Source: an uncultured Candidatus Saccharibacteria bacterium (GTDB taxonomy: Bacteria > Patescibacteriota > Minisyncoccia > UBA6257 > 2-01-FULL-56-20). Taken from it: a stretch of DNA of 64,000 bases. The DNA is taken from NCBI GenBank assembly GCA_964403045.1, contig CAYOEP010000002.1, forward strand, positions 2,452 to 66,451. Reading direction: 5' to 3'. Each line of letters starts with the position of its first letter. Position 1 is the first letter of the stretch. A model generated the notes under the pieces. It was given only the letters and a program-made list of their open reading frames with translations, did no database searches and was not told the DNA's origin. The translations under genes and the position numbers were made by a program. Below, in pieces: positions 49,571-59,191 of the stretch.

Positions 49571-50158
49571 GTGCAGCAAAAACGCAGCTCACCACTCTAT
49601 TTTCGAAGTTTTTGCCCCCGCGCCGCCCGTATTCTCCGCGGCGGGGGAATCGGCGTGCTTCCCACCGATACTCTTTACGGCATTGTAGCTTCGGCGCTTC
49701 TCCCTGCGGCAGTCGCGCGTTTGTATTTTGTGCGAGGGCGCAATCTGGCAAAGCCCCTTATTGTCCTTATCGATTCGGTGGATACGCTGCAGGATTTTCA
49801 GGTGCGGATTTCCCAAAGCGCAAGGCAACTCCTTTCTTCTGTATGGCCTGGCCCTCGGAGCGTGGTAATGCCTGTTCGAAAGACCGATTTTCCCCATATT
49901 CATCGTGGCACCGGCAAGATTGCGTTCCGTGTTCCCGCGGTGCGGCGACTGAGATTGTTTCTCCAAGCGACTGGCCCGCTTGTCGCTCCAAGCGCGAACC
50001 ATGAAGGGCTTGCTCCTCTTGCTACTGCCCCTGAGGCTGTTGCGGCATTTGGTGACTGCATTGATTTTGTCATTGATGGAGGCGAGCGCAGGGGCGCCCC
50101 TTCTCGCCTGCTGGAGCTTCGGGGGGCGCGGCTTGTTGCACTACCAAGAAAACCATGA
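49571..50158 (+). CDS. tsaC: L-threonylcarbamoyladenylate synthase (TsaC/YrdC family)
   Basis: The motifs LPTDTLYGI, KxR (GRNLAKP) and SAN (APSANHEG) are present. Confidence 0.8.
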   Translation: MQQKRSSPLYFRSFCPRAARILRGGGIGVLPTDTLYGIVASALLPAAVARLYFVRGRNLAKPLIVLIDSVDTLQDFQVRISQSARQLLSSVWPGPRSVVMPVRKTDFPHIHRGTGKIAFRVPAVRRLRLFLQATGPLVAPSANHEGLAPLATAPEAVAAFGDCIDFVIDGGERRGAPSRLLELRGARLVALPRKP

Positions 50159-50556
50159 CTAGACAGGTGTTCCATATTGCCACCCAGCGTAAGCGGCAGG
50201 TAGTCGACATCACCGAGCAGGTGGGAGATATCATTCGCGACGCAGGAATGAGGGATGGCGTTGTCGTGCTTTCGTTGCTCCACACCACTGCCGCACTGAC
50301 GACTGCGGACCTTGATCCGGGCACTGACCTCGATATGCTCGACGCATTCGCAGCGCTGATTCCGTCTTTGCCCTACCGCCATCCCCACGACCCCTCGCAT
50401 GTGCCAGACCATATCCTCTCCGCTCTTATTGGCACCTCCCTGACGCTCGTGGTAGAGAAAGGATCACTGGCGCTGGGAACATGGCAGCGGGTAGTGCTGG
50501 TGGAATTCAACGGGCCTCGTCAGCGAAGAATTGCTTTCCGGTTCTTACGTTCCTAA
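50155..50556 (+). CDS. YjbQ/UPF0047 family protein (secondary thiamine-phosphate synthase-like)
   Basis: LLHTTAALTTADLDP, DHILSALIG and LALGTWQRVVLVEF match the YjbQ signature. Confidence 0.75.
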   Translation: MTRQVFHIATQRKRQVVDITEQVGDIIRDAGMRDGVVVLSLLHTTAALTTADLDPGTDLDMLDAFAALIPSLPYRHPHDPSHVPDHILSALIGTSLTLVVEKGSLALGTWQRVVLVEFNGPRQRRIAFRFLRS

Positions 50557-50610
50557 CGAATGCCTTCGGGTGCCTGGAGGATGCTATAATAATGAGCGGG
50601 AAACGGGTTT

Positions 50611-50904
50611 ATGGAGGCAGAAAAGGAGAATGGCCAGGTGCGTCTTACAATTCATGTAGCAGGGAGAGTACAGGGGGTATTCTTTCGGGAATCCGCGCGC
50701 AGGAAGGCAATTGAGTTAGGGCTTACTGGCTATGCGCGGAATGAGCTTGATGGATCAGTTACTCTTGAAGTCGAGGGAAATGTGCAGCAGGCAAAGCATT
50801 TCCTCGATTGGTGCAGGAAAGGCCCGCCGCTCGCGCGGGTGCAACAGGTTATCTACCGCGTTGCGCCGAGCCGGCAAGAATTCATTGGCTTTGTAGTGCA
50901 ATAG
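50611..50904 (+). CDS. acyP: Acylphosphatase
   Basis: VQGVFFRESARRKA...GYARNELDGSV is the acylphosphatase signature. Confidence 0.85.
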   Translation: MEAEKENGQVRLTIHVAGRVQGVFFRESARRKAIELGLTGYARNELDGSVTLEVEGNVQQAKHFLDWCRKGPPLARVQQVIYRVAPSRQEFIGFVVQ

Positions 50905-50912
50905 TACGCTTT

Positions 50913-52211
50913 ATGCAGCGAAAAGCGAGAAAGATTAAAAACTGGAGGTCGCTTGCAGTATCTCCGCTTCGCAGGAAGGCGCTCGCAATTGCGGAGGCTG
51001 GATTATGGGCAATCGATACCGAACAGGTTCTGCGCCGTAGCCTTGCGGTGACCCCGGAAGGACATCTTCTCGTCAAAGGTGAGAGGTTTCATCTTCCTAG
51101 GCATGGGAAGCTTCTCGTAGCGGCGATTGGGAAGTGCGCATTTGCGGCAGCACGTGCACTCGAGGCAATTTTAGGAGACCGCATCGATGGGGGAATTGCG
51201 GTGGGAGTGGGGGAGCCGCACGGACTTTCCCGAATTTATCCCTACCAAGGCACTCATCCTTTTCCTTCAGAAAAAAATGTTGCAGCTTCTCGAGAGCTTA
51301 TAGCTTTTCTGCAGAGTGCTACAAAAGATGATGTGGTGCTGACTTTGATTTCCGGAGGGGGATCAACACTTCTTTGTCTTCCCCCGCAGGGAACCTGCAT
51401 GGGAGAAGAGCAGCTCATCAAGAAGTTGTTCCACGCGGGTGCTACAATTCAGGACATCAATACTATTCGCAAACATCTTTCTTTTGCCCGCGGCGGCTTT
51501 TTGGCAAAAGAAGCATATCCTGCACAAGTTGTTTCCCTTATTTTTTCGGACGTCCCGGGAGACGATATTGCTTTTATTTCCTCAGGTCCTACGGTCTATG
51601 ATCACACCACTGTTCGTGATGCGCGCCGCGTGCTGGAGAAGTTTCATCTTGCTCGCGAAGTGCCCGAAGGCGCTCTTCTGGAGACACCCAAGGAAAAGCG
51701 TTATTTCTCTCGGGTGAGAAATATACTTTTGGTAAGCAGTCATACCGCGCTTGCTGCAATGCGTGAAGAGGCGCGGCAACTTGGATTCCGTACTCGAGTG
51801 GACGCGCTCTATCTCCGCGGCGAAGCTGCAGAGCTGGGTGCCCATATTATCACTGAGCTCCACAAAGCGCCCCGAAAGTCGGCGTATCTCTATGGCGGAG
51901 AAACGACAGTTACTGTCCGCGGACATGGTCATGGAGGCAGAAATTTGGAACTTGCTCTTTCTGCCACGCGGTTTGTTCGCGAGGGGGAGATTCTTGTAGC
52001 CATTGCGTCCGACGGCCGTGACAACAGTAGGTTTGGAGGAGCAATTTGTGATACAATAGCAAAGGATCACCTTATAGAGAAAGGCATTGATATCGAGCAG
52101 TTCCTTGCGAACAACGATGAATGCCCTGTCTATGAGGCGATAGGCGATTATCTAATGATGGGGAATACAGGATCCAACGTTTCGGATCTTATGGTCGTAA
52201 TAAAGGAATAG
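50913..52211 (+). CDS. Glycerate 2-kinase (MOFRL family)
   Basis: It has the N-terminal DUF4147-like region and C-terminal GGETTVTVRGHGHGGRNLELAL (MOFRL). The start was taken at MQRKARK just after the acyP stop. Confidence 0.8.
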   Translation: MQRKARKIKNWRSLAVSPLRRKALAIAEAGLWAIDTEQVLRRSLAVTPEGHLLVKGERFHLPRHGKLLVAAIGKCAFAAARALEAILGDRIDGGIAVGVGEPHGLSRIYPYQGTHPFPSEKNVAASRELIAFLQSATKDDVVLTLISGGGSTLLCLPPQGTCMGEEQLIKKLFHAGATIQDINTIRKHLSFARGGFLAKEAYPAQVVSLIFSDVPGDDIAFISSGPTVYDHTTVRDARRVLEKFHLAREVPEGALLETPKEKRYFSRVRNILLVSSHTALAAMREEARQLGFRTRVDALYLRGEAAELGAHIITELHKAPRKSAYLYGGETTVTVRGHGHGGRNLELALSATRFVREGEILVAIASDGRDNSRFGGAICDTIAKDHLIEKGIDIEQFLANNDECPVYEAIGDYLMMGNTGSNVSDLMVVIKE

Positions 52212-52221
52212 AACTTGATCT

Positions 52222-54693
52222 ATGAGCACACGCACACGCGCGCGGCGCCTTGTACTTCCTCTCGAAAGCGTCACGATGCGAGATGTTCCTTTGGTGGGAG
52301 GCAAGAATGCGTCGTTGGGAGAGATGATCCGCACGGTAGGAAAGAAGGGCGTGCGGGTACCGGGGGGATTTGTCATTACTGCCACTGCATATCGTGAGTT
52401 TATTCAATCGGCAGGACTGGAGTCATTTATTCGCAATACTTTGCGCGGCTTGGATACCAGCAACGTGCGCGATCTCGCGCGCAGGGGAAAGAAAATTCGC
52501 GACGCGATCGCCCGCGCTCCTTTTCCCGAGGAGCTCCAGCAGCGCGTTACGGAGGCATACCGCAAGATGGAACGTGCCTACGGGCGCAACGTGGATGTAG
52601 CGGTGCGCTCCAGTGCGACTGCAGAGGATTTGCCGGGCGCGTCATTCGCGGGCGAGCATGAAACCTATCTTGGCATTCGGGGTGTCTCTGCGCTCCTGCG
52701 CGCTGCGAAGCTTGCGATGGCGTCGCTGTTTACGGATCGTGCAATTTCTTACCGTGTGGACAAGGGATTCAGCCATTTTCAAGTGGCGCTCTCGGTAGGC
52801 GTGCAGAAAATGGTGCGTTCCGATCTTGGCGCGGCGGGCGTGATGTTTACCCTCGACACTGAGTCTGGATTTCGGGATGTTATTCTCATCAATGGATCAT
52901 GGGGTCTTGGCGAAATGATTGTCCAGGGGCAGGTGACGCCTGATGAATTCTTGGTGTATAAGCCGATGCTGGGCAAGTCTCCGCGCCCTATTATTGAGAA
53001 GTTGCTGGGAAGGAAGCTCCGGAAGATGCGCTATGCGATCCATCGCCATGGGGCGCATACCACGCGGGTTGTAGCCACTACCCCTCGTGAGCGTACTTCA
53101 TTTGTGCTTTCTGATGACGAGATTCTTCTTCTCGCATCGTGGGGGAAGATTATTGAGGAGCACTATTCCCGCCTGCGGGGCAAGTGGACACCGATGGACA
53201 TTGAATGGGCAAAGGACGGGAAAAGTGGCGAGCTTTTTATTGTGCAGGCACGTCCGGAGACGGTGCACGCAGAGCGCGATTTTTCCAAGGTACAGGAGTA
53301 CGTGCGGTTGGAGAGCGGCAACGTCATCGTCCGGGGCGCTTCGGTAGGAAACAAGATTGCCTCGGGGAAGGCGCGGGTAATTCTCAATGTCGCAGATATC
53401 GGTAAGTTCCGCAAAGGCGAGGTTTTGGTGACAGATATGACCGATCCTGACTGGGAGCCGGTGATGAAAATTGCATCGGCGATTGTAACTGACAAAGGGG
53501 GGAGAACTTCCCATGCGGCGATTGTATCCCGCGAACTCGGCATTCCTTGTGTGGTGGGGAGCGGCGATGCTACGAAAAAGATAACGACTGGAGAAGTGGT
53601 TACGGTAGATACTACGGGGAGTGAGGGGCTTGTCTTCGCGGGCGCGCTCAAGTTTCGGGTGCGCACTCACGATGTGCGCAAGATGCCCCGCACCCGCACG
53701 ACGATTATGATGAATATTGCTACCCCCGAAACTGCCTTTGAAAAGTCTTTCCTACCGGCGCGGGGAGTGGGGCTTGCCCGCGAGGAATTTATTATCGCCG
53801 GGCGCATTGGAATTCATCCTCTTGCACTTCTCCACTTCAAGGAACTTCCTGCTTCTCTCCAGAGAAAGATTACGAAGAAGACGGCAGGATGGGACGATAA
53901 GGTGCAATTTTATGTAGACAACTTAGCATTCGGCATTGCTCGTATTGGTGCGGCATTCTTCCCTCATAAGGTGATTGTGCGCTTTTCTGACTTCAAGACG
54001 AATGAGTACCGCACGCTTCTTGGAGGCGAGTATTATGAGCCGAAGGAGGAAAATCCTATGATTGGGTGGCGAGGTGCATCGCGGTATTACAGTGAGCCAT
54101 TCCGCGATGCCTTCCTCCTTGAGTGTCTTGCACTCAAGAAGGTGCGGGATGAAATGGGCTTGGTGAATGTGGTGCCGATGGTGCCTTTCTGTAGGACTCC
54201 TGAAGAAGGAATAAAGACATTAGAGTGCATGGCGGAGGTAGGGCTAATAACAGCGTATGTAGCACGCAAGCGGCGCATGAAGGTTCCGAAGGGAAAACTT
54301 GTGCCGGTGTATGTGATGTGCGAGATTCCTTCGAATGTGATGCGCGCGGAAGAGTTTCTTGATGTATTTGATGGAATGTCCATCGGATCGAATGATCTTA
54401 CCCAGCTTACTCTTGGCATGGATCGGGATTCAGCGCTCTTGCGCGGAATTGCGAACGAGAACGATCCTGCGGTTAAGCGTCTTATTGCGGAAGTTATCCG
54501 CGTTGCCCGCGCACGGAAAAAGTACATTGGGATTTGCGGGCAGGCACCTTCAGATTATCCAGAATTTACCCGATTCTTGATTGACCAAGGAATTGAAAGT
54601 ATTTCTTTGAATCCTGACACGGTTGTCGCAACACTTCTTGCGGTGGCGCAACAAGAAAAAAAGCAAAAGGGACGACGGAAACAAAAAGAGTAA
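52222..54693 (+). CDS. ppsA: Phosphoenolpyruvate synthase
   Basis: It has the N-terminal ATP-grasp (VGGKNASLGEM), the phospho-His domain (GGRTSHAAIVSRELGIPCVVG) and the C-terminal PEP-utilising TIM barrel. Confidence 0.9.
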   Translation: MSTRTRARRLVLPLESVTMRDVPLVGGKNASLGEMIRTVGKKGVRVPGGFVITATAYREFIQSAGLESFIRNTLRGLDTSNVRDLARRGKKIRDAIARAPFPEELQQRVTEAYRKMERAYGRNVDVAVRSSATAEDLPGASFAGEHETYLGIRGVSALLRAAKLAMASLFTDRAISYRVDKGFSHFQVALSVGVQKMVRSDLGAAGVMFTLDTESGFRDVILINGSWGLGEMIVQGQVTPDEFLVYKPMLGKSPRPIIEKLLGRKLRKMRYAIHRHGAHTTRVVATTPRERTSFVLSDDEILLLASWGKIIEEHYSRLRGKWTPMDIEWAKDGKSGELFIVQARPETVHAERDFSKVQEYVRLESGNVIVRGASVGNKIASGKARVILNVADIGKFRKGEVLVTDMTDPDWEPVMKIASAIVTDKGGRTSHAAIVSRELGIPCVVGSGDATKKITTGEVVTVDTTGSEGLVFAGALKFRVRTHDVRKMPRTRTTIMMNIATPETAFEKSFLPARGVGLAREEFIIAGRIGIHPLALLHFKELPASLQRKITKKTAGWDDKVQFYVDNLAFGIARIGAAFFPHKVIVRFSDFKTNEYRTLLGGEYYEPKEENPMIGWRGASRYYSEPFRDAFLLECLALKKVRDEMGLVNVVPMVPFCRTPEEGIKTLECMAEVGLITAYVARKRRMKVPKGKLVPVYVMCEIPSNVMRAEEFLDVFDGMSIGSNDLTQLTLGMDRDSALLRGIANENDPAVKRLIAEVIRVARARKKYIGICGQAPSDYPEFTRFLIDQGIESISLNPDTVVATLLAVAQQEKKQKGRRKQKE

Positions 54694-54719
54694 ATTTTGC
54701 AAGCAGTAGAGCGAAAAAT

Positions 54720-55739
54720 ATGAAGATAGGTTTTTTCGGTATCAACGGATGGGAACGGGAACGTCTTGCGCAGGAGCTCCAAGAAAACGGCCTCGCCGAC
54801 GATGTAGTGTTTATAGATGAGCGAATTGACAAAGACCACCTCCCTGCGCAGACAGACTTTGAGGCGATTGGGGTGTTTGTGAATTCGTCGGTCAGCAAGG
54901 AAGTGATTGCACACTTTCCTCGTCTGCGGCTTGTCGCGACGCTTTCTACTGGCTATGACCATATTGATCTCGAGGAGTGCCGCGCGCGTGGCATTACGGT
55001 TGTGAATGTTCCTTCATATGGAGAAAACACCGTCGCGGAGTTTGCGTTCGCGCTGATGTTGATGCTTGCGAGGAAATTGTATGATGCGTATCATCGCGTT
55101 CGCGAAAGCGGAAGTTTCAGCCTGGAGGGGCTGAGAGGGTTTGATTTGTATGGCAAAACCCTTGGCGTTGTGGGTACGGGCAGGATAGGGCGGCATATGA
55201 TACGACTTGCGCGCGGAGCAGGAATGGAGGTGATTGCTTTTGATGTACATCCTGATGAAGCATTTGCAAAGGAAGCCTGCTTTCGGTATGCCTCCTTTGA
55301 TGAGGTGCTTGCGGCGAGTGATATTGTGACTCTGCATGTGCCCTATCTTCCCTCAACGCACCATCTCCTTGACAGCAAGGCATTCTCGCTGATGAAAAAA
55401 GGATCCTACCTTATCAATACCAGTAGGGGTGCGGTAGTGGATACCGACGCTCTTGTCTGCGCACTTCAAGAAGGACGCCTTGCAGGTGCAGCGCTTGACG
55501 TGTTGGAAGAAGAGGGGGTTATCAAGGATGAAGTTGCCTTTCTCACCGGCGGACATCCTGAGGAGCACAATCTGAAGGTAATCTTGGAAAATCATGCACT
55601 TATTGATATGCCGAATGTGATCATTACTCCCCATACGGCATTTAACACTTGGGAGGCGGTAGGGAGAATTATTCAGACGACGGTCAACAATATTGCTGCT
55701 TTCCGTTCAGGGAAGCCGACGAACGTGGTCCCAATGTGA
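54720..55739 (+). CDS. D-isomer-specific 2-hydroxyacid dehydrogenase (LdhA/PGDH-like)
   Basis: The NAD-binding motif is GVVGTGRIGRHM. The catalytic R/E/H are in order. Confidence 0.8.
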   Translation: MKIGFFGINGWERERLAQELQENGLADDVVFIDERIDKDHLPAQTDFEAIGVFVNSSVSKEVIAHFPRLRLVATLSTGYDHIDLEECRARGITVVNVPSYGENTVAEFAFALMLMLARKLYDAYHRVRESGSFSLEGLRGFDLYGKTLGVVGTGRIGRHMIRLARGAGMEVIAFDVHPDEAFAKEACFRYASFDEVLAASDIVTLHVPYLPSTHHLLDSKAFSLMKKGSYLINTSRGAVVDTDALVCALQEGRLAGAALDVLEEEGVIKDEVAFLTGGHPEEHNLKVILENHALIDMPNVIITPHTAFNTWEAVGRIIQTTVNNIAAFRSGKPTNVVPM

Positions 55740-56929
55740 TGACGGGAAGCCTCCCCAAAATTCGTTGCCTTCGTGCGAGGCCTATTCTTGATTCGCGGGG
55801 CGCCTGGACGGTGGAGGCGAGTGTGGAGCTTGCCAACGGCGTTACTGCCAGTGCTTCTGTGCCGCACGGGAAGAGCAGAGGATCCCGTGAAGCGGCGGTT
55901 ATCAACCCTCACCGCGCGGCAGCACTTATTGAGCAGCGCATTGCTCCTGCATTGCGGGGGCTGAGCTTGGACCAGGGAGAGCTGGACAGTATTCTTCTCC
56001 GCCTCGATGGCACTCCCTCCAAGAGGCGGCTTGGCGGCAATACGTTACTTGCAGTTTCGCTGGGATTCGCACGTGCTGCAGCAAGGAGCCAAAATGTTCC
56101 TCTTTGGCGCTATTTCCGATCCACTGCCCGCATTCAAGTCCCCCGCGGCCACTTCCCGACGCTGTTGGTAAATCTTATTAATGGCGGCCTTCATGCGGGC
56201 AACAATTTGGAATTTCAGGAGTATCTTGTGTTGATTCGGCAGCGCACGCTTGCTGCATCTGTCGCCCGCGCGGCAGAACTGTATAATGCACTCCGCGATT
56301 TTCTGGTGCAGACACGGGGAGGCACTGCGGCGCTCCTTGGTGACGAGGGGGGATTTGCCCCCCAATGCAAAGATTTTCAAGAGCCTTTCGCAATAATTCA
56401 ACGAGTGCTTCGATCCCACGGGTGGCAGCGCGGCATTGCGTTTGGGTTGGACGCGGCGGCGAGTAATATTTCTCATTCTCCCCGTACAATGTGGCGAAAA
56501 TACCAGACTCTCATTGCTCGATTTCCTCTCCGCTACCTCGAGGATCCGTTTGGCGAGGAGGAATTTTCGTGGTTCGCGCGCCTGCGCGAGCAGGTTGGCA
56601 GCAATGTGTGGATTGCCGGTGACGATCTTACGGTGACTAACGTGGCAAGAATGGCTCGAGCGCAAGAAGAAGGAAGTGTGAATGCTGTGATTATTAAGCC
56701 TAATCAGGTGGGGACAGTCACGGAGGCGCTTGCCGCAGTAAAGGCAGCGAGGAAATGGGGGTGGAAAGTCGTCGTCTCCCATCGGAGCGGCGAGACGGAC
56801 GATGCTGCGATTGCGGATTTTGCCTATGGGGTGGGGGCGGATGGATTCAAGCTCGGCGCTCCTGCCCGCGGCGAGCGGACGGCAAAATATAATCGCCTGT
56901 TGGCGGTGGCAACATCATCAAGAGGCTAA
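55739..56929 (+). CDS. eno: Enolase
   Basis: The N-terminus is ILDSRG. The ATG overlaps the previous stop (ATGA). The ORF-track upstream extension was rejected. Confidence 0.85.
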   Translation: MTGSLPKIRCLRARPILDSRGAWTVEASVELANGVTASASVPHGKSRGSREAAVINPHRAAALIEQRIAPALRGLSLDQGELDSILLRLDGTPSKRRLGGNTLLAVSLGFARAAARSQNVPLWRYFRSTARIQVPRGHFPTLLVNLINGGLHAGNNLEFQEYLVLIRQRTLAASVARAAELYNALRDFLVQTRGGTAALLGDEGGFAPQCKDFQEPFAIIQRVLRSHGWQRGIAFGLDAAASNISHSPRTMWRKYQTLIARFPLRYLEDPFGEEEFSWFARLREQVGSNVWIAGDDLTVTNVARMARAQEEGSVNAVIIKPNQVGTVTEALAAVKAARKWGWKVVVSHRSGETDDAAIADFAYGVGADGFKLGAPARGERTAKYNRLLAVATSSRG

Positions 56930-56983
56930 CTTGACATATAGGGACTGCCCTGTGAGAATAAGAGAAAGCCCGAGGTATACGTT

Positions 56984-57577
56984 ATGCAGCAGCGCGTAAA
57001 ATCTTTCCTTCTCTACGGCGGTACCGCATTCTTGGTAGTGAGCGGAGCTTTTTGGATGGCGCACCTCGGTGCCCCTCCTGCGCCGCAGGAAGGGGCGGTG
57101 CTTTCCACGACGATAGGGGATCATGCATACCAGTTTGCGCTTAAGGGCATTGATGGGAAAAGCTACAATCTGGCAGACTTTGTGGGCAAAAGTCCTGTAC
57201 TCTTGGAGTTTATCGCGGTATGGTGTCCGCACTGCCAGAAGCAGACGGAAGTCAACAAAAAAGTGCTTCCTGAATACCGCAAGAGGGGGCTTGTGGTGCT
57301 GAATATCAATGCGAGTCCGCAGGGGAAGAGCTATGTGAACGGTATACCACTTCCTGTCTCGAAGAGCGACCTCCGCTGGTTCCGCGACACTTTTGGCGTA
57401 GAGGAGCCGCTTCTTTTTGATACTGGAAAAGTTGCTGCGCAGTATGGGGTGCGGGGGTTTCCTACTTTTGTATTGCTTGACCGACAAGGGAACATTGCAT
57501 GGCGCGCTTCGGGGGAGCAGGATCCTGCGACGCTCAGGAGCGCGATCGAGAAAGTGCTGCAGGCACAGGAAGGATGA
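56984..57577 (+). CDS. Thioredoxin-fold thiol-disulfide oxidoreductase (TlpA/redoxin-like), membrane anchored
   Basis: N-terminal TM. The active site is WCPHCQ. Confidence 0.8.
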   Translation: MQQRVKSFLLYGGTAFLVVSGAFWMAHLGAPPAPQEGAVLSTTIGDHAYQFALKGIDGKSYNLADFVGKSPVLLEFIAVWCPHCQKQTEVNKKVLPEYRKRGLVVLNINASPQGKSYVNGIPLPVSKSDLRWFRDTFGVEEPLLFDTGKVAAQYGVRGFPTFVLLDRQGNIAWRASGEQDPATLRSAIEKVLQAQEG

Positions 57578-58062
57578 CCAGCACAGCAAATTCAGCTTGC
57601 GGAAGATGCGCAAGATGGGTTCATGCGCACCGGCAGGTGCTTTTGGTCGGAGCAATCGCACTCTTTGCGTTCGGCGGCTTTCTTGATGCAACATTTCTTA
57701 CTTTTCACCATTATTCTTCTGCCAAAATTGGATGCCCCCTATTTGGCGGCTGTGATCGCGTGCTGCAGAGCAAGTACGCGACGATAGGTGATGTCCCTAT
57801 TTCGCTCTTTGGGGCAGGGTACTATCTTGTGGTGCTCACCCTCGCGGTAGTGTATCTTGAAAAACGGCTTGCCAAGCTGATTTTCGGCATCGCGGTACTT
57901 TCCGGCGTTGGTCTGCTCACGTCCCTTTATTTGGTATATCTCCAGGCATTTGTACTGCGAGCTTTCTGTTTCTACTGTATGACATCTTTTGCCATCACCT
58001 CATTGATTGCGCTGCTCAGTATTCCGTGGACGGTTGCACTCTTGTGGCGCGCGAAGAACTAA
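57574..58062 (+). CDS. Vitamin K epoxide reductase (VKOR) family membrane protein
   Basis: Four TM helices. It has a loop Cys pair and a CxxC (FCFYCM) active site. It overlaps the redoxin gene by 4 nt. Confidence 0.7.
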   Translation: MTSTANSACGRCARWVHAHRQVLLVGAIALFAFGGFLDATFLTFHHYSSAKIGCPLFGGCDRVLQSKYATIGDVPISLFGAGYYLVVLTLAVVYLEKRLAKLIFGIAVLSGVGLLTSLYLVYLQAFVLRAFCFYCMTSFAITSLIALLSIPWTVALLWRAKN

Positions 58063-58123
58063 GGAGCTCTCGCATTTCTCTTTCCGCGATTTTTGGCTAT
58101 AATAGGGCAAGAAGCGCTCTTGT

Positions 58124-59182
58124 ATGGCAACTTCTTATCGAAAACCACAGATTTACTTTTTCCTTGGATTGTTTTTTGTGGCGGCGTTGCTGAACGTGTA
58201 TCTTCTGTTTCCCTACCTGAGCGCGATTATTCTGGGAGCGACATTTGCCGTAATTTTTTATCCTCTCTACCAGAAATTTTTGTTTCTTGCGAGGGGTTCT
58301 AAGAGTGTGGCGGCGCTGGTGACGACGTTTCTCGTGCTTGCGCTGGTGCTCACACCGCTTATTTATTTTAGTATTGTGATTTTTCAGCAGGCGAGCGGCC
58401 TCTATTTTTCTCTCACGGCAAAAGGGGAGCCGTTGATGCTGAGTGCAAATCCCCGCCTCGCGACGTTCTTAAAAAAAGTACTGTTGATTGATGCGGACAA
58501 AATTGAGAGCCTCTCTTTGAATGTGAGCCAGTATCTTACGCAGGCGCTGAATGTAGTGGTACAGAACTTCGGTGCTTTCTTTTCCAGCATTGCGAAGGTG
58601 CTATTCACATTGTTCATTAGCCTCTTTACGCTGTACTACTTTCTCAAAGACGGCGATCGTTTCCGCAAGGCGGTTGTTGAACTGAGTCCTCTCTCTGATC
58701 GGCACGACGCGCAGATTTTGGGAAAACTGCATTTGGTGGTCAATTCGGTCATTCGCGGGACACTGACGGTGGCAGTGGTACAGGGCGTGCTCGCGGGTAT
58801 TGGATTTTTTATTTTTGGCGTGCCCAATGCGGCGGTATGGGGAATGGTCGGCATTATCGCAGCACTCATTCCTGCGGTAGGGAGTGCGCTTGTGACGGTG
58901 CCCGGCGTCATCTACCTCTTCGCGATAGGCAACGTGGTGCAGGCGGTAGGGTTGCTCGCGTGGGCGATGTTTGTGGTAGGGCTTATCGACAACTTTCTGC
59001 GGCCAAAAATTATAGAGCGAAAAATTCATATCCATCCTCTCTTTATCCTTTTAAGCGTTTTGGGGGGGCTTGCGGTATTTGGTCCCTTTGGTTTCCTTCT
59101 TGGCCCTCTTTTGTTGAGCTTTTTCTTTGCGCTCCTCGATATCTATCGGGAAGAGTTTAAGGAGTACGTGACAAAAGTATAG
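58124..59182 (+). CDS. AI-2E family transporter (PerM/UPF0118)
   Basis: It has 8 TM helices with a characteristic central loop (SVIRGTLTVAVVQGVLAG). Confidence 0.8.
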   Translation: MATSYRKPQIYFFLGLFFVAALLNVYLLFPYLSAIILGATFAVIFYPLYQKFLFLARGSKSVAALVTTFLVLALVLTPLIYFSIVIFQQASGLYFSLTAKGEPLMLSANPRLATFLKKVLLIDADKIESLSLNVSQYLTQALNVVVQNFGAFFSSIAKVLFTLFISLFTLYYFLKDGDRFRKAVVELSPLSDRHDAQILGKLHLVVNSVIRGTLTVAVVQGVLAGIGFFIFGVPNAAVWGMVGIIAALIPAVGSALVTVPGVIYLFAIGNVVQAVGLLAWAMFVVGLIDNFLRPKIIERKIHIHPLFILLSVLGGLAVFGPFGFLLGPLLLSFFFALLDIYREEFKEYVTKV

Positions 59183-59191
59183 GGGCATTCC

